Notes under the pieces: generated by a model
Database searches by the model: none
What the model saw: only the letters and a program-made list of their open reading frames with translations
What the model was told of the DNA's origin: nothing
Source of the DNA: Trichomonas gallinae
Taxonomy: Eukaryota
Reading direction: 5' to 3'
DNA length: 62,635 bases
Assembly: GCA_008369845.1 (NCBI GenBank)
Contig: MRSU01003813.1
Location: 1-62,635 of the forward strand
Program-made: the position numbers and the translations under genes
In this document: positions 29,252-40,702 of the stretch, piece after piece
Position numbering within the stretch: position 1 is the first letter of the stretch
Layout of the letters: every line of letters begins with the position of its first letter

Positions 29252-30631
29252 ATGGATTATTTTAAGGATTGCGATATTGTTATACAGGAGAATAGGGCCT
29301 CTTTTGTGCTTGTGAAGCCAGAAAATGAGTCAAAAAAGCAACAGGTAAATCTTGTTCAAAGAATTAATGAAAATACACAATTAGAAGAGAGCATTTTGCC
29401 GCTAATATATAATTCACGAGAAATGGATGAACAAATGATTGATGAAATTGGACGATTAATTAAGATAACTCAAGGAGATTTTAAAGATTACGAAAAATTT
29501 TGTTTTGAACCAAGATTTGTTGATTTCATTTACTGGCTTTTTTCGTATTTAGATACAGATGATCATAATCCTGCAATACAAGCAACTATTATATTAACAA
29601 ATATTTTATTTCATTATATTGATACTTCTGGGTTTAGATCTGACAAAATTATTGACTTTATTTTCCAGTATATATCCATAGGCAATACTTTCGAAATGAT
29701 TTGCATTGTGAATTTAATTTTAAATTATTTATCTCCAGAAACTTACAAAGAATTGATTTCAAGAGGTATTCTAAATGTGCTATATTCTCTGTTGGAACGA
29801 TATAAATCCGGAGATATACCAGGAAACGCAGGATATCTCGTAAGATTAATTTGGCAAACTTTATATGTAGTATTTTCATTATCTAATGATTCCGAGAAGC
29901 AATTTTTGATGCCTGCCATTGGATTCTCTAAAATTCAGATATGTGCACCGAATATTGAAGTGAGAATTCTTTCAACAAAATTTTTAGAACAAGCAATATC
30001 AAGTCAAGAGCTGTTAAACGTGTTTTTATCAGATGTAGAATTCCTTGAAAATGCTGTTTTCGCTGGTTGTCTTATCGTCAAACAGCAATTCGACTACTTA
30101 TATCCAATATACTTCAAAATGATAGAAAATGGATACATGAACTTTGTGCAGTTCTACGAGACATACGACATAGCGCTAAACTCATCAAGGGGACTGGATA
30201 TTAAGACTGGTTTGGCGCTGAAACTCATCTACCAGACAATTCTATTCAACAAACAAGCATTTGACAAATTAAATCTTATTTCTCGCGTTGTTGATTATGC
30301 TGTTTACGGGCATGCTGATACTAAGCCTTACGCTTGCTTAGTCTTGCTTCAGTATATGACCATGCACGCGCTTGAAAAAGACCTGGAATTCGCGAATCAA
30401 TATTTTCCAGTGATTTTCGAATGTATTGATTCGTTTGATGGATATGTTCTTAGAGAATGCATAATATTAATTCATATTCTTTTGACAAGAAACGTAGAAT
30501 TCCTTAGAATTGGATCAGAATATAATATCGAAGAAGTTTTTAACGATATTGATCCTGATGATTTGGAAGATGAAGAGTTTGTCTCTATATATTATAAAAT
30601 AATGGAAATGATTGATCCAACTGTTGTTTAA
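29252..30631 (+). CDS. Armadillo-like alpha-solenoid protein of unknown function (~459 aa)
   Basis: Helical-repeat character (ELISRGILNVLYSLL, AIQATIILTNIL); first ATG at 29252; weak similarity to the gene at 20996. Confidence 0.75.
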   Translation: MDYFKDCDIVIQENRASFVLVKPENESKKQQVNLVQRINENTQLEESILPLIYNSREMDEQMIDEIGRLIKITQGDFKDYEKFCFEPRFVDFIYWLFSYLDTDDHNPAIQATIILTNILFHYIDTSGFRSDKIIDFIFQYISIGNTFEMICIVNLILNYLSPETYKELISRGILNVLYSLLERYKSGDIPGNAGYLVRLIWQTLYVVFSLSNDSEKQFLMPAIGFSKIQICAPNIEVRILSTKFLEQAISSQELLNVFLSDVEFLENAVFAGCLIVKQQFDYLYPIYFKMIENGYMNFVQFYETYDIALNSSRGLDIKTGLALKLIYQTILFNKQAFDKLNLISRVVDYAVYGHADTKPYACLVLLQYMTMHALEKDLEFANQYFPVIFECIDSFDGYVLRECIILIHILLTRNVEFLRIGSEYNIEEVFNDIDPDDLEDEEFVSIYYKIMEMIDPTVV

Positions 30632-30929
30632 TTTAATATAAGAATATTAGATTGTATAATAAATTGTTATGTTTAATATTTAGACTAATATTTAGCTAAA
30701 TTTTTCTAATTATAGAGAATTATAACTATTTAATTGACAAAATCTTAGTATTTAATGCAGATTTGATTGATTTTTATTAAATTAATGATAATCATCAATG
30801 AAATGATTGAATGTTGTTGTCAAATTTCTATTGCTCTAATATATTTTTGTTATTTGATGAAAATGGGAAAAAATATTAATTTTTTTGAAAAATAGATAAA
30901 ACATATTTTAACAGTAAAAAACAATAAAA

Positions 30930-32093
30930 TTAGCTTCTATTCTTTTCCTGTACAACTTCCTGAAGGTCTTCTTTAAGAAGTTGAATATATCCTGTATTTG
31001 AAGCTTGTTCATATTCCTCATCGAGGGAACTGAGGAGATCCTTCCTGTAGCTGTCAAACGTTTTGAGGCTTTTTTCAAGAATTTCGATTTGTTGTTTAAG
31101 TGAATCATAATATTCCCTTTCAACTTGTAATTCTTGTTCCATGACTTCATCAGACATGTTTGTTATGCGATCTATTTCGGCCTGAAGCATTCTTCTAGCA
31201 GTTAAGCCTGTTCCATCTCCTGGATCATCTTCTCCAAGCAATTCTTTAAATTTGGCCTTTAATGCATTCTCTCTCTTTCTTGCAGACTCCAGAGCTTTAA
31301 GTGTATCAGAAAGTTTCTTCTTAGATTTAATAATATTTTGATTAAGTTGTGTTCTTTCGACCTTCCACTCGTTTATTGACTCAGCTTTCTTCAACTCTTT
31401 CTCTTGGCGTTGCTTTCGTAGTATGCATTCTCTTTCTGTTTGTTGTATTTTATTTTTCATATCGTTGTGTTCAGCTTGGCGCCTTGTGAGGTCAACAATG
31501 AGCTCATCTCGCTTCTTTCTGAGATCATCTGTAAGATTTTTGTCGGCATTTTTGTTTTCTTCTGACTTTTGAATTAATTCTTGCTCAAGTTGTTCTGCGA
31601 GTTCGCATAAATCCGCATACTCATTTTCTTTGTCTATTATTTGGGAATTCAAGTCGTCTAGCTTATCTCTTGCTGTTCTGTAGTTCATTTCGTCGTTATA
31701 TAAATGATTCTTCTGAGTTTCGAGTTCTCTCTTGAGTTTCTTATTTTGCTGTTGTACAATGGACTGTTCATGCGTAAGACTCGAATATATTTTCTTCTGC
31801 TGTTCGATTTTTTCGCGTAATTCTGCTTCTCTGTTTTCTAGCTGAGTTAGAAGCTTAAAGAAAACGCCATGTCCAACTTCTGGGCTCTCTTCCTCTTGGT
31901 CTTTCTTCTTTTCGGCCAGTTCACACTTCAATTCATCCGCTCTAAATTGAAGATCTTGTAATGTCGATTCAAGAACAGTTTTTTGTCTTTTAAGTAACTC
32001 CAACTCCTGTTTTGCAGCTTCCAGCTTCTTTTGATCGCCTTGCTCGCTGCTTTTTATCCTCTGCGAAGATAAATCTGTGATTACACTCTGCAT
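30930..32093 (-). CDS. Coiled-coil protein of unknown function (~387 aa)
   Basis: Continuous E/K/L/Q-rich heptads; first ATG at 32093 (the track starts at a TTG). Confidence 0.85.
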   Translation of the reverse strand: MQSVITDLSSQRIKSSEQGDQKKLEAAKQELELLKRQKTVLESTLQDLQFRADELKCELAEKKKDQEEESPEVGHGVFFKLLTQLENREAELREKIEQQKKIYSSLTHEQSIVQQQNKKLKRELETQKNHLYNDEMNYRTARDKLDDLNSQIIDKENEYADLCELAEQLEQELIQKSEENKNADKNLTDDLRKKRDELIVDLTRRQAEHNDMKNKIQQTERECILRKQRQEKELKKAESINEWKVERTQLNQNIIKSKKKLSDTLKALESARKRENALKAKFKELLGEDDPGDGTGLTARRMLQAEIDRITNMSDEVMEQELQVEREYYDSLKQQIEILEKSLKTFDSYRKDLLSSLDEEYEQASNTGYIQLLKEDLQEVVQEKNRS

Positions 32094-32335
32094 AATTTTA
32101 ATATTTGTCAAAAAACATTATTTACATGTCAAATATAATTTTATACACTCAAGTGGTTATATAACATAAACTAAACTCTATCTTGAATATTTATGATTTT
32201 TTCTTTTCAAATAGCATATAAATTTATAAATTACACGTCAACAATCTCATTTGTCCAAAAATTGATAACTCTCATAGAATAATTCAATGAATATCATTGA
32301 AAAAAAAAAAAAGAATTTTGCTAGATAAATCACTC

Positions 32336-32518
32336 AATTGTGAAAGCCTGTTACATCCTCAGAACTTTTTAGACTGGACTTCAAATCGCCAAAGCTGTCT
32401 GGGCATGCTGAGAGTCGGCCATAGATTATTGTAATTTCATTGTTTTTGGAAATTTGGTGACAAAGATCGCACAAAAAAATTAACGCGACTTGTTGAAACA
32501 CTGTAATATACAACTCCA
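32336..32518 (-). ncRNA. Candidate structured RNA with H/ACA snoRNA-like layout (tentative)
   Basis: GC-richer island in AT-rich intergenic DNA. The minus strand folds by eye into hairpin - ANANNA - hairpin - ACA. Confidence 0.3.
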
Positions 32519-32819
32519 TTTTGGTACATATATGGGCTTCTATAATAAATATTGAATCAGACTAGACTTTGGAATTTCAGTTAATGCGTTAACAACGGAA
32601 GTTTAGAATTTTACATGTCAAAAATAACCTAAATTATATTAACTAATTCATAACTCACTAACCACAATATATCATTAAGTTTTATTATATAGATGTTATA
32701 TATATCTACATGTGTTCTATTATTATAGTCTTGAAAATGGGATACTATTGTCTAATATTGAGTTATTGCAGAGTTTTTGTTATTCAACGAATTTTTTTGT
32801 CAGTTTTTTTTTTGTTATT

Positions 32820-33980
32820 ATGGCAACTCTACTTCCTCCTCGATATTATGGAACGATATTTCATGTGAAATATACATTAGATGAAAAGAAGTCGAGTAGA
32901 TCGAAACCAGCAATACTTATCACAGGAAAAGATAGTTTTATGGTTTTGAAAGACGACTGGAAAGAAGCTGTTGCCCAGATATCAACAAATCATGTAACAG
33001 CAACAACCAAGAATCCAGATGGAGTACTTGTTCAATACAAAGCCGATGGAAAACAAAACTTTATTTATTTAGAGTCTGAAAAAAGCGATAAATTGTATTC
33101 AGCGATTACTGTAGAAACATCTAAAACTGCGCAAATGCCAAGTTATGCAACTCTAACGAAAATTATTCCAACATTCAAATTCGAAATGCTTTCAACAACA
33201 GAAGAATTATACGATAACCTTGTCAACATGCAAACAAGATTCTACTCGTCATTTGGCTGCCAAAAACCCGCTCAAATGCCTTTTGTTGATATTTTAACCT
33301 GTTTATACAGATTCAGATATGGAAATGATGCTGCTGATCAGATACAAAATAATGTTGACTCTCTTCTTATCGAGTTTAGAAGGCAATTTTTCAGTGATTG
33401 GTGTTTTTCGATATTGAAAGCAGCTACATTCGATCCAAAACAGAAAAATTCTTATGATTATTCAGTAAGAATAGTCTCAAATCTTCTTACAGACATTCAT
33501 TTGAATTCAGATTCAATCGAAGCAAATACAACAGATTTATATAAAGCAGTTGCAGAAATGTGTGAGCGTGGTGATGCAACAAACATTACATCCGCAGTTA
33601 AGTCAATGACAGATATGTTTCAAGGAATGTTCGAAGATAATTATAAACACACGAAATGCCTCAAGGAAGAGTTCGTTCAAGTACTAGCGCGTGTTGCTTT
33701 GCTGTTATTCTGCGGAAACATGATTCAAATTTATCCAATCGAAGTTGAAAGATTAGTAATGAAAACAGTTGATTTCACTGCTGCCGTTTATAACGGAAAC
33801 TCAATCCAAGAGAACTTTGTTTCATTAGTCAAAACTGTTGAATCTTTCCACAATGAAATGTTAAGATTTATGGATGATAAAAGATATGATCCGATGTTCA
33901 GATTTGTGTTTGTTTCTGCTGAATTAGCTGAAAAAATAAAGTCAACACAAATTAAGACATCAAAATCCAAGAAAGCTTGA
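32820..33980 (+). CDS. Hypothetical protein (~386 aa), possible N-terminal PH-like domain plus helical C-terminal domain
   Basis: First ATG at 32820 follows a T-rich leader. The first ~100 aa have a beta-rich pattern ending in a helix (IYLESEKSDKLYSAI). Confidence 0.75.
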   Translation: MATLLPPRYYGTIFHVKYTLDEKKSSRSKPAILITGKDSFMVLKDDWKEAVAQISTNHVTATTKNPDGVLVQYKADGKQNFIYLESEKSDKLYSAITVETSKTAQMPSYATLTKIIPTFKFEMLSTTEELYDNLVNMQTRFYSSFGCQKPAQMPFVDILTCLYRFRYGNDAADQIQNNVDSLLIEFRRQFFSDWCFSILKAATFDPKQKNSYDYSVRIVSNLLTDIHLNSDSIEANTTDLYKAVAEMCERGDATNITSAVKSMTDMFQGMFEDNYKHTKCLKEEFVQVLARVALLLFCGNMIQIYPIEVERLVMKTVDFTAAVYNGNSIQENFVSLVKTVESFHNEMLRFMDDKRYDPMFRFVFVSAELAEKIKSTQIKTSKSKKA

Positions 33981-34222
33981 TCAAATATTTTTTTATTTTG
34001 TTATTGTTAAACGTTGTTGTATATAATTCTTTTTCTATCTATAACAATAGCAATTTTTAAGATGTTTTCATTATTAATGAAATTTCATCAATATTTTTAT
34101 GATAAAAATGATCTGTTGATTAAAATATAACAAATATTTATAAACATTTACCTAGGAAATGATAATTGTTCGGATTTCATGAAGTATATTTTCAAAATTC
34201 TAGAAATTTTGCGTTTCTAATT

Positions 34223-35272
34223 TCAATTTTGCTGTTGCTTATTCTTTTGTTCCAGGATTTTCATTTTCTTCTTCTTTAAGAGTTCAATCAACTGCTCAGC
34301 ATTTTGAATCGCGTTATCGATTGCAGGTGTTGGATCTTTCTTATTAGAGACATCCAGTGATTGGTGGCATACTGGGCATTCATATTTGTTGTTCGCCCAG
34401 TCGTTAATGCAATGCCTGTGGAAGACGTGTTTGCAAGGAAGCTCAATAACTTCTTCAGAAGAGAATGGAAGCCTGCAAATAAGGCATTCATCGTCTTGGT
34501 TGTATTCTGTAGCAGGTTTGAAGTTTGTCTTCTTGAAGAAATTAATTGATATTTGGATTAATTTGGATACCCTTGCATATATAATGTTTCCGCAATATAG
34601 AACGTAGAAGATATTGAATTCCTTTAAAACACTGAGAATTACGAATGATATTTGGATAATTAAAATCGAAGCATCGAGATAATATGTTCCATTCGGGCTC
34701 AATGGGCCATTTATCATTGTGCAATGGTAAACTATAGATGATAGCATTTCGCCTATAAGGATATATAGTATACATTTATAGCCCCAATTTCTAAGTATTG
34801 TATAGAGCAAATATAACAGGAGGAAAAGCGAGAACAACTGAGAATTTAAGATTTTCTTGTGTGTTTCCGCAGATGGATTTGTAGTTCCCAAAAATAAAGA
34901 TTTAACTTTGTTGTCGTAAGTGTATGTAAGATAAATGGCAACCATGCATATAGCTAAATATGATACATCTATGAAATTGAAGATATTTGTTGATTCAATC
35001 GCTAAAAGAAATAGATATCTGAATAAATGGCTTGAAAGTTCGCGCATATAATTAGATTTATATGGGAAAACGAATGTATGAATGAGAAATACGTATAAAA
35101 TGCTGAGTGCGGCAACTAAATTTGCAGTAACAACTTTAAGTATTGGATCTGAGTAGATTTGATCGACTAAAACTATAATATCGCGAGACGTTCTGTAAGC
35201 CTTAGTGTACTCGCCGATAAATGCTGCAAAAGATGCAATTACATAAAATCCCGCCAATTGGCGTACCGACAT
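34223..35272 (-). CDS. Multi-pass membrane RING-H2 E3 ubiquitin ligase (HRD1/synoviolin-like)
   Basis: Several hydrophobic TM segments precede CLIC...LPCKHVFHRHCINDW...CPVC (C3H2C3). Confidence 0.88.
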   Translation of the reverse strand: MSVRQLAGFYVIASFAAFIGEYTKAYRTSRDIIVLVDQIYSDPILKVVTANLVAALSILYVFLIHTFVFPYKSNYMRELSSHLFRYLFLLAIESTNIFNFIDVSYLAICMVAIYLTYTYDNKVKSLFLGTTNPSAETHKKILNSQLFSLFLLLYLLYTILRNWGYKCILYILIGEMLSSIVYHCTMINGPLSPNGTYYLDASILIIQISFVILSVLKEFNIFYVLYCGNIIYARVSKLIQISINFFKKTNFKPATEYNQDDECLICRLPFSSEEVIELPCKHVFHRHCINDWANNKYECPVCHQSLDVSNKKDPTPAIDNAIQNAEQLIELLKKKKMKILEQKNKQQQN

Positions 35273-36070
35273 TTTCTAGATTTGGCCAATTTTACAAATT
35301 TTAGGGCAAAAAATTATTCCAGAAATGAGCTATTTATATACTATTTCTCGGTAAATTTTAAATATTGTTCGCGTTTAAATATAAATATTTTGGGATTTTG
35401 AAATTTTTAAATATCACATTTTTAAGCATATATTTTGTTGCATATAGTTGTGAATAGCATGACATTTACTGGAATTGGTTTAGTTTCATTTTTTTATAAT
35501 TAGAAAAATTATATATATATGTTTTGATGCATTTTCACCATATTTTGAAGCATACTGTCTTTACATATTATGATTTTGATTTGTTTTATATTTGGAACAT
35601 ATAAATATTTTCTATTTCTATTACCAACTAATACAGGACCAAATGTAAGGTCACCTATAGTGGCTGCGCTATTAGAAGCTCTATGATATAATCAAATTGA
35701 TTTCATTGAAATTGATTGATTTTGTGGTTTTAAAACAGTTAACAAGGATTAATATATCATTTTGTATATGTCTGACATAAATTTTGTATCTGATCATATA
35801 TAATCGTTAAAGTTAATTTTCAATTAAATATTTGATCTATATCATTCATAATCAAGCAGATGTATTAAAATTATAGCAATTGGAGCTGGTTAAATAGATT
35901 AAAATGCTAATATTGCGTTCGTAAATCTGATTATTTCATCGAAATTTCGTCGAAAACAAATTTATTTTGTTCTATAGCTCATAATAATCATAGGAATGAT
36001 GTTAAAAATAATTTTGACTAGTTTACTAAAAAAATTTTGACACCATTTTTTTTTATTGGAAAATTAAAAA

Positions 36071-37652
36071 ATGATAAATGATCCAAATTTGTTCGTGGAC
36101 ATTGGAAACAAAGTCACAACAGTGTACCACATCAAAAATGGACAGCCGGAGCTTCTCAACATCAACAACAAATCAACAAATCTTTCAATAGTAATATTTT
36201 CGAGCGTAGGCATTATCTTCGGATCAGAAAACTCACTACAAATAAATGAAGAAACTACGTTCAGAGGTATAATCAGGAAATTGATAAGAAACAAACCTTT
36301 GACATTTAAAAAAGAAAATGTTAAAGGAAAAACTGTTAAAACATGCAAAGTTGATCCTCAAGTCGCATTGTCAGTATATTTCCGGACATTTTCAACAATT
36401 AATAAAGGTCTTAAGCATTTTTACAATTATTCCAACCTGGTGGAAAAACGATATTCGAAATAAGTTTACTCAAGCTGCTACAGATGTTGGCGTCAAGTTA
36501 ACATTAATAGAGTCATTTGAAGCCATTGCTATGGCATATCGAGATATTATCGATTCAAAAGATGACCAGAAAAACATTATATTTGATATTGGTGACTCAG
36601 GAATTCAATGCTACAAATTTTCCATTACAAATGGTGGCAAAAAGATAAATTATGAAAATTATCAATATATCCAATTTGGAGGCCATCATTTTTTCAAAGC
36701 TATTTCTGAAGAGATCCTTAAAAAATTAGATTCTTCAAGATCAGATTCTGCACAAGAAATGGTTAACGGATATAAATCGAGTAAAAGCAAAAAGCAAAAT
36801 TTCAAAGTACAAGTCTACGAAAGTGTCAAAACAATTCCAAATTTAAGGGATATAAAATTCGTATCTAAACTTGGTGATGTTAACATTACCATCACACGTG
36901 CTGAATACATGGAAAACAAAATTATTAAGGAAAATTTGAATGTTGTCGAAAATGGAATCAATGAATTCATAAAGAATTCTAAAGGTTACCATATAGAAAT
37001 ACTCGGTAGTCAGTTTTCCAAAGCTTTCCTCCAGGAATTAATCAGTATTGATGACAAGTGTTTCCAAAATATCACGTTAAACATTTTATGCCATGGCGGT
37101 GCCAATTACTATCTGTCACGAATAAATGAGCCTGAGATATTCAATGATGCACCCGATTTTAGCAAGTTCCAGGTCGAGTTTAAAAATATCATCGAAAACG
37201 CTTCATCTGATATTACTGAAGATAACAAAGACGAAAAATTAGATATAAGTTATTTCAAAACAAGAATGGATGAGATCGATATCATTCAAAAAGGAGAGAA
37301 ATTGCTGAATGATATGGGTGATTACTTTTCAGATGATAATTTGCAAATAAATACACAAGACAAATATAATGATTCTTTGAAAACTTGCCAAAATAAAATG
37401 AAAAACGAAGCAAAGAATAAGCTTAAAGTTGATCAAATTCAAACTGTTTTGGAAGAAATCAAAAGAGATGAAAACTCCAAACAAAAAGTTAATGATATAT
37501 GTGCAATCACTGACAATATATTCAAATCAGATAAGATCAGATTAAAAGAAGATTTTTATCAATATGCTGAGCTCCTATCTATTGCACAACTCGAAAACGT
37601 AAAGGCCCAATTAGATGCTATTCCAAACATGGATCAAAAAGAAGATTTTTGA
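36071..37652 (+). pseudogene. Divergent Hsp70/DnaK-like gene split by a 1-nt frameshift (~526 aa if repaired)
   Basis: Frame A has FVDIGN...NGQPELLN...SIVIF (Hsp70 N-terminus). Frame B has TIIPTWW...AATDVG...IESFEAIAMAY...IFDIGDSG...FGGHHF (Hsp70 NBD motifs). The frames join if one T is removed from the T5 run at 36418-36422. Confidence 0.7.
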
Positions 37653-37927
37653 ACCTTTTTATTTGTGAAATAAACTCTTATTTTATTAATCATTTAATCA
37701 TACAACGTTTTAGAATATTAATCTAAATCTCAAAATATTAGAAACAACTATTTTTGTTCAATTATTATGAGGTAATAAATCGATTTTCAAATAATTAAGC
37801 ATATTTGAAAACTGCTTTTGGGATCCAATTGATTGGTTTTTCTTGTCAGTAATGATTCTGATAAGAAAATAAAGATTTTTACAAAAAAATTAACAAATAA
37901 AAAACTATAGCTAATAATAAAAAGATC

Positions 37928-40324
37928 TCAACGAGTGTTAAGAAGTTCATTAGTTCTATCTTTGGAGACCTGGTCATTAAGTTTCAATCCAGCAGCAAGG
38001 ATGAATTCGACACACTGTTGCATCTTTATTTGATGCCACATTTCAGGGAGATGTTGGTAGATCATATATAAAGCATCGACGCCGAAAGTTCTGTATACAG
38101 TTGGAATGTTCACTTCAGCGCCGACCATTTCCACGATTGTCCTAAGCGACTGCATTATAGCAACATCCTCCTCCGAGCCAACTTGAACGAGGAAGCCAAG
38201 AGTGTGGACGAGTTCGTAAATTGGCAAAATGTTTGTCATCTTTTTCGAGTGCAGATCCAAAATTCTCTGGCTGCTCATGAACAGTGATTCTATGTACGGT
38301 GCTAGGACGCTTCTATCAAGTCCGGCAATAATAGTGACGAGAGAGGCTGCTTTGTCGTATACATCAGCAACAACATCTGGATTTTCTAAAATAATTGCTG
38401 CAGATTCCGCGAGAGATGTCAAAACTTCAGAGTTATCTAGCTTGCGGAGTAGAAGGGCCGCCACACTGAATGAATTCATCATGCATTCAGGTAATTCCAC
38501 TTTATTAATGAAATTATTAATAACTTGAAATGCAATTTGAAGAAATTCAGGATTTGCTTCAGCACAATGATATGAAATCAGACCAATCGTATTGATACAA
38601 GTTGGACACGCATTTGATTCTAAAATCTCTGTGCAAATCTGGAAAAGTCTTGTAGAAATTTCCAAAATATCTTGATATTCGTCTTTGACTAAACCGCTGT
38701 AGCAGCAATTAATAACAGACATGAATCCATCTAAAATATCTGGTCTATTTTCGGCAACTGCAGGGAGAGTTTGGTAAATTGTTTCAAAAACGTTGAGTTT
38801 TGTTTGTCCTGACGATTTTGGAATTATATCTTGGAGTGTGTTGAGAGCTGATGTAACATACATCTCATTTTCAACTCCTCCAACATAATTCAAAAGAAAT
38901 TCAATAACTTGGTCTGTTGAGTCTTGGCATCTAATGCCAATAATTCCTAGGCACTTTATTGATGTCATAGCCATGACAGAATCTTCAGATGCGGCGTTTG
39001 AAGTCACTGAATTAAATATTTCTTCTGTCATCGCAATAACCTCCAATGAAACAGCGTATGAAATTGCCTTTATCGTTTGTGCAATAACTCGCGGTGAATT
39101 ATCGGCAACAAGATCAGAAATTGAATCTTCAAATAACATTGTGAGATCATTTGAGCTCTCCTTTGCGCAATGGATAAGCTCACTCAAAAGGAAAGCGGCG
39201 GCAAACTTTGTAGACTTATTTTCACTGTTGCAATTTTCTGTAACAAATGGTGACAAAATTTCGAAGCATTTATCATAGTACGCACCAATTAATGCATTGA
39301 TTGTATCCATAGCAGCGATGACTGGCGTGTAATCGCCGCGTGTATAAGTAACCGTTGATGGATCATTTTGTATAATGAAAAGAGCAAGGTCTATGATGCG
39401 ATTCAAGTTAGCTTTGCCTAATTCGAATAAGTGCTGCGTCTTCTGTTCCATTGAAACTACTTTTAACCAAAATTGCATTGAATAAATCAAACATTCTTCT
39501 TGCTGGTTGGATTGGAGGTATTCAAACATTGTATCCGCTAAACCTTCGTTCATTGATAGCATCTGATAACATTCAAGAGGAACCTGCGACCAAAACCAGA
39601 AATATTCTACAGGAAGAATTGGAAGCAGCTCTTCAAGTTTATTAAGAAAAGCTACAGCAAATGGAGTGTTCTTCGCCATAGATGACCATAATGTCTTAAC
39701 TAGTTTTCCTGCAATATTGATAAAAACGTGTTTAAGAGTTAAGCTTGTTTCATTCTCAAGCACGTATGTCAAGATTGTGGCAACGATATTTTCAGTAACT
39801 GATGCGTGGTTTACCGGTAAAACATCGATAATTGAATCAATTGCTATAACTGCGTTGTCAACTGTATTTTGAGGATTGGATTGATTAATAAGAGGTAAAA
39901 ATTCGAGTGCTGGATGTGGTTGTGAAGCTCTATTTGGAGATAAGTAAAATTGAGCAATTCTGAAATGTGCCATTGTCGTTGCAATTGATGTACCATAATC
40001 TAATTCTTCTTGGTTGCTGGCTGGTACCGAGAATTGAGAAATTAATGCTTGTACGAAATTTTCGATTGATTCTGGAGAAATTTCAGGGACAGATACAGAT
40101 TCAACGACTCCTTTGTTAATTTTAATACGTGCCACAACTGTTGATAGCTGAATTGTGTTCTTTTTCAAGCGCAAAGGCAATTCCGGATTTTGAATAATCG
40201 CAGCGAGCTGATTTAAGAAATCTTCTGGCTGATTATTGAGTCTTTCCATCAAAAACTGATTAGCTGCATTAAAATTTGGGTGCGAATTCTCAGTGATTAA
40301 CGAAATTGCTTGAACAAAATCCAT
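37928..40324 (-). CDS. Importin-beta-like HEAT-repeat karyopherin (divergent)
   Basis: 798 aa. IBN_N-like start (AANQFL...FLNQLAAII.N), SMQFW (cf. AIEFW), and DYTPVIAA...LSPFVTENCNSENKSTKFAA (cf. importin-beta HEAT 8-9). Confidence 0.8.
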   Translation of the reverse strand: MDFVQAISLITENSHPNFNAANQFLMERLNNQPEDFLNQLAAIIQNPELPLRLKKNTIQLSTVVARIKINKGVVESVSVPEISPESIENFVQALISQFSVPASNQEELDYGTSIATTMAHFRIAQFYLSPNRASQPHPALEFLPLINQSNPQNTVDNAVIAIDSIIDVLPVNHASVTENIVATILTYVLENETSLTLKHVFINIAGKLVKTLWSSMAKNTPFAVAFLNKLEELLPILPVEYFWFWSQVPLECYQMLSMNEGLADTMFEYLQSNQQEECLIYSMQFWLKVVSMEQKTQHLFELGKANLNRIIDLALFIIQNDPSTVTYTRGDYTPVIAAMDTINALIGAYYDKCFEILSPFVTENCNSENKSTKFAAAFLLSELIHCAKESSNDLTMLFEDSISDLVADNSPRVIAQTIKAISYAVSLEVIAMTEEIFNSVTSNAASEDSVMAMTSIKCLGIIGIRCQDSTDQVIEFLLNYVGGVENEMYVTSALNTLQDIIPKSSGQTKLNVFETIYQTLPAVAENRPDILDGFMSVINCCYSGLVKDEYQDILEISTRLFQICTEILESNACPTCINTIGLISYHCAEANPEFLQIAFQVINNFINKVELPECMMNSFSVAALLLRKLDNSEVLTSLAESAAIILENPDVVADVYDKAASLVTIIAGLDRSVLAPYIESLFMSSQRILDLHSKKMTNILPIYELVHTLGFLVQVGSEEDVAIMQSLRTIVEMVGAEVNIPTVYRTFGVDALYMIYQHLPEMWHQIKMQQCVEFILAAGLKLNDQVSKDRTNELLNTR

Positions 40325-40702
40325 TTTGTCTTTTTTATGTTTTGCTCTTCTAGAAATCCTCCGTAGAAAATATGATTATTTTCTTTCACATCATCTTAAA
40401 TATTTAGTATTCGAAGCTCAAAATAGACAAAATAAAATATATCAAATTTCAAATCTAATTTTTAAATCAATTTATATATAATTCTTCCAATATCTCAACT
40501 CTTTAAAGCATTTCATTATATAGTGAAACACCATAATTTGTATAATTTTATCAAAATTTAAATAAACAAGTTTAACTATTTTAAGTTGTAATACAAATAA
40601 TACTAGACGAATTTTTATCAAATGAGCATTGGATAAATGATTGTTATCGGTAAAATAAAATATTGTTATAATAGAAGCAATATTTTATTAACTATGTGAT
40701 GG

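Noticed and set aside
32340..32568. RNase P/MRP-like CR-I (GAAAGCCTG) and CR-V (ATCAGACTA) look-alikes on the plus strand
   Set aside because: The P4 pairing has a mismatch and the upstream A-rich sequence cannot form P1-P3.
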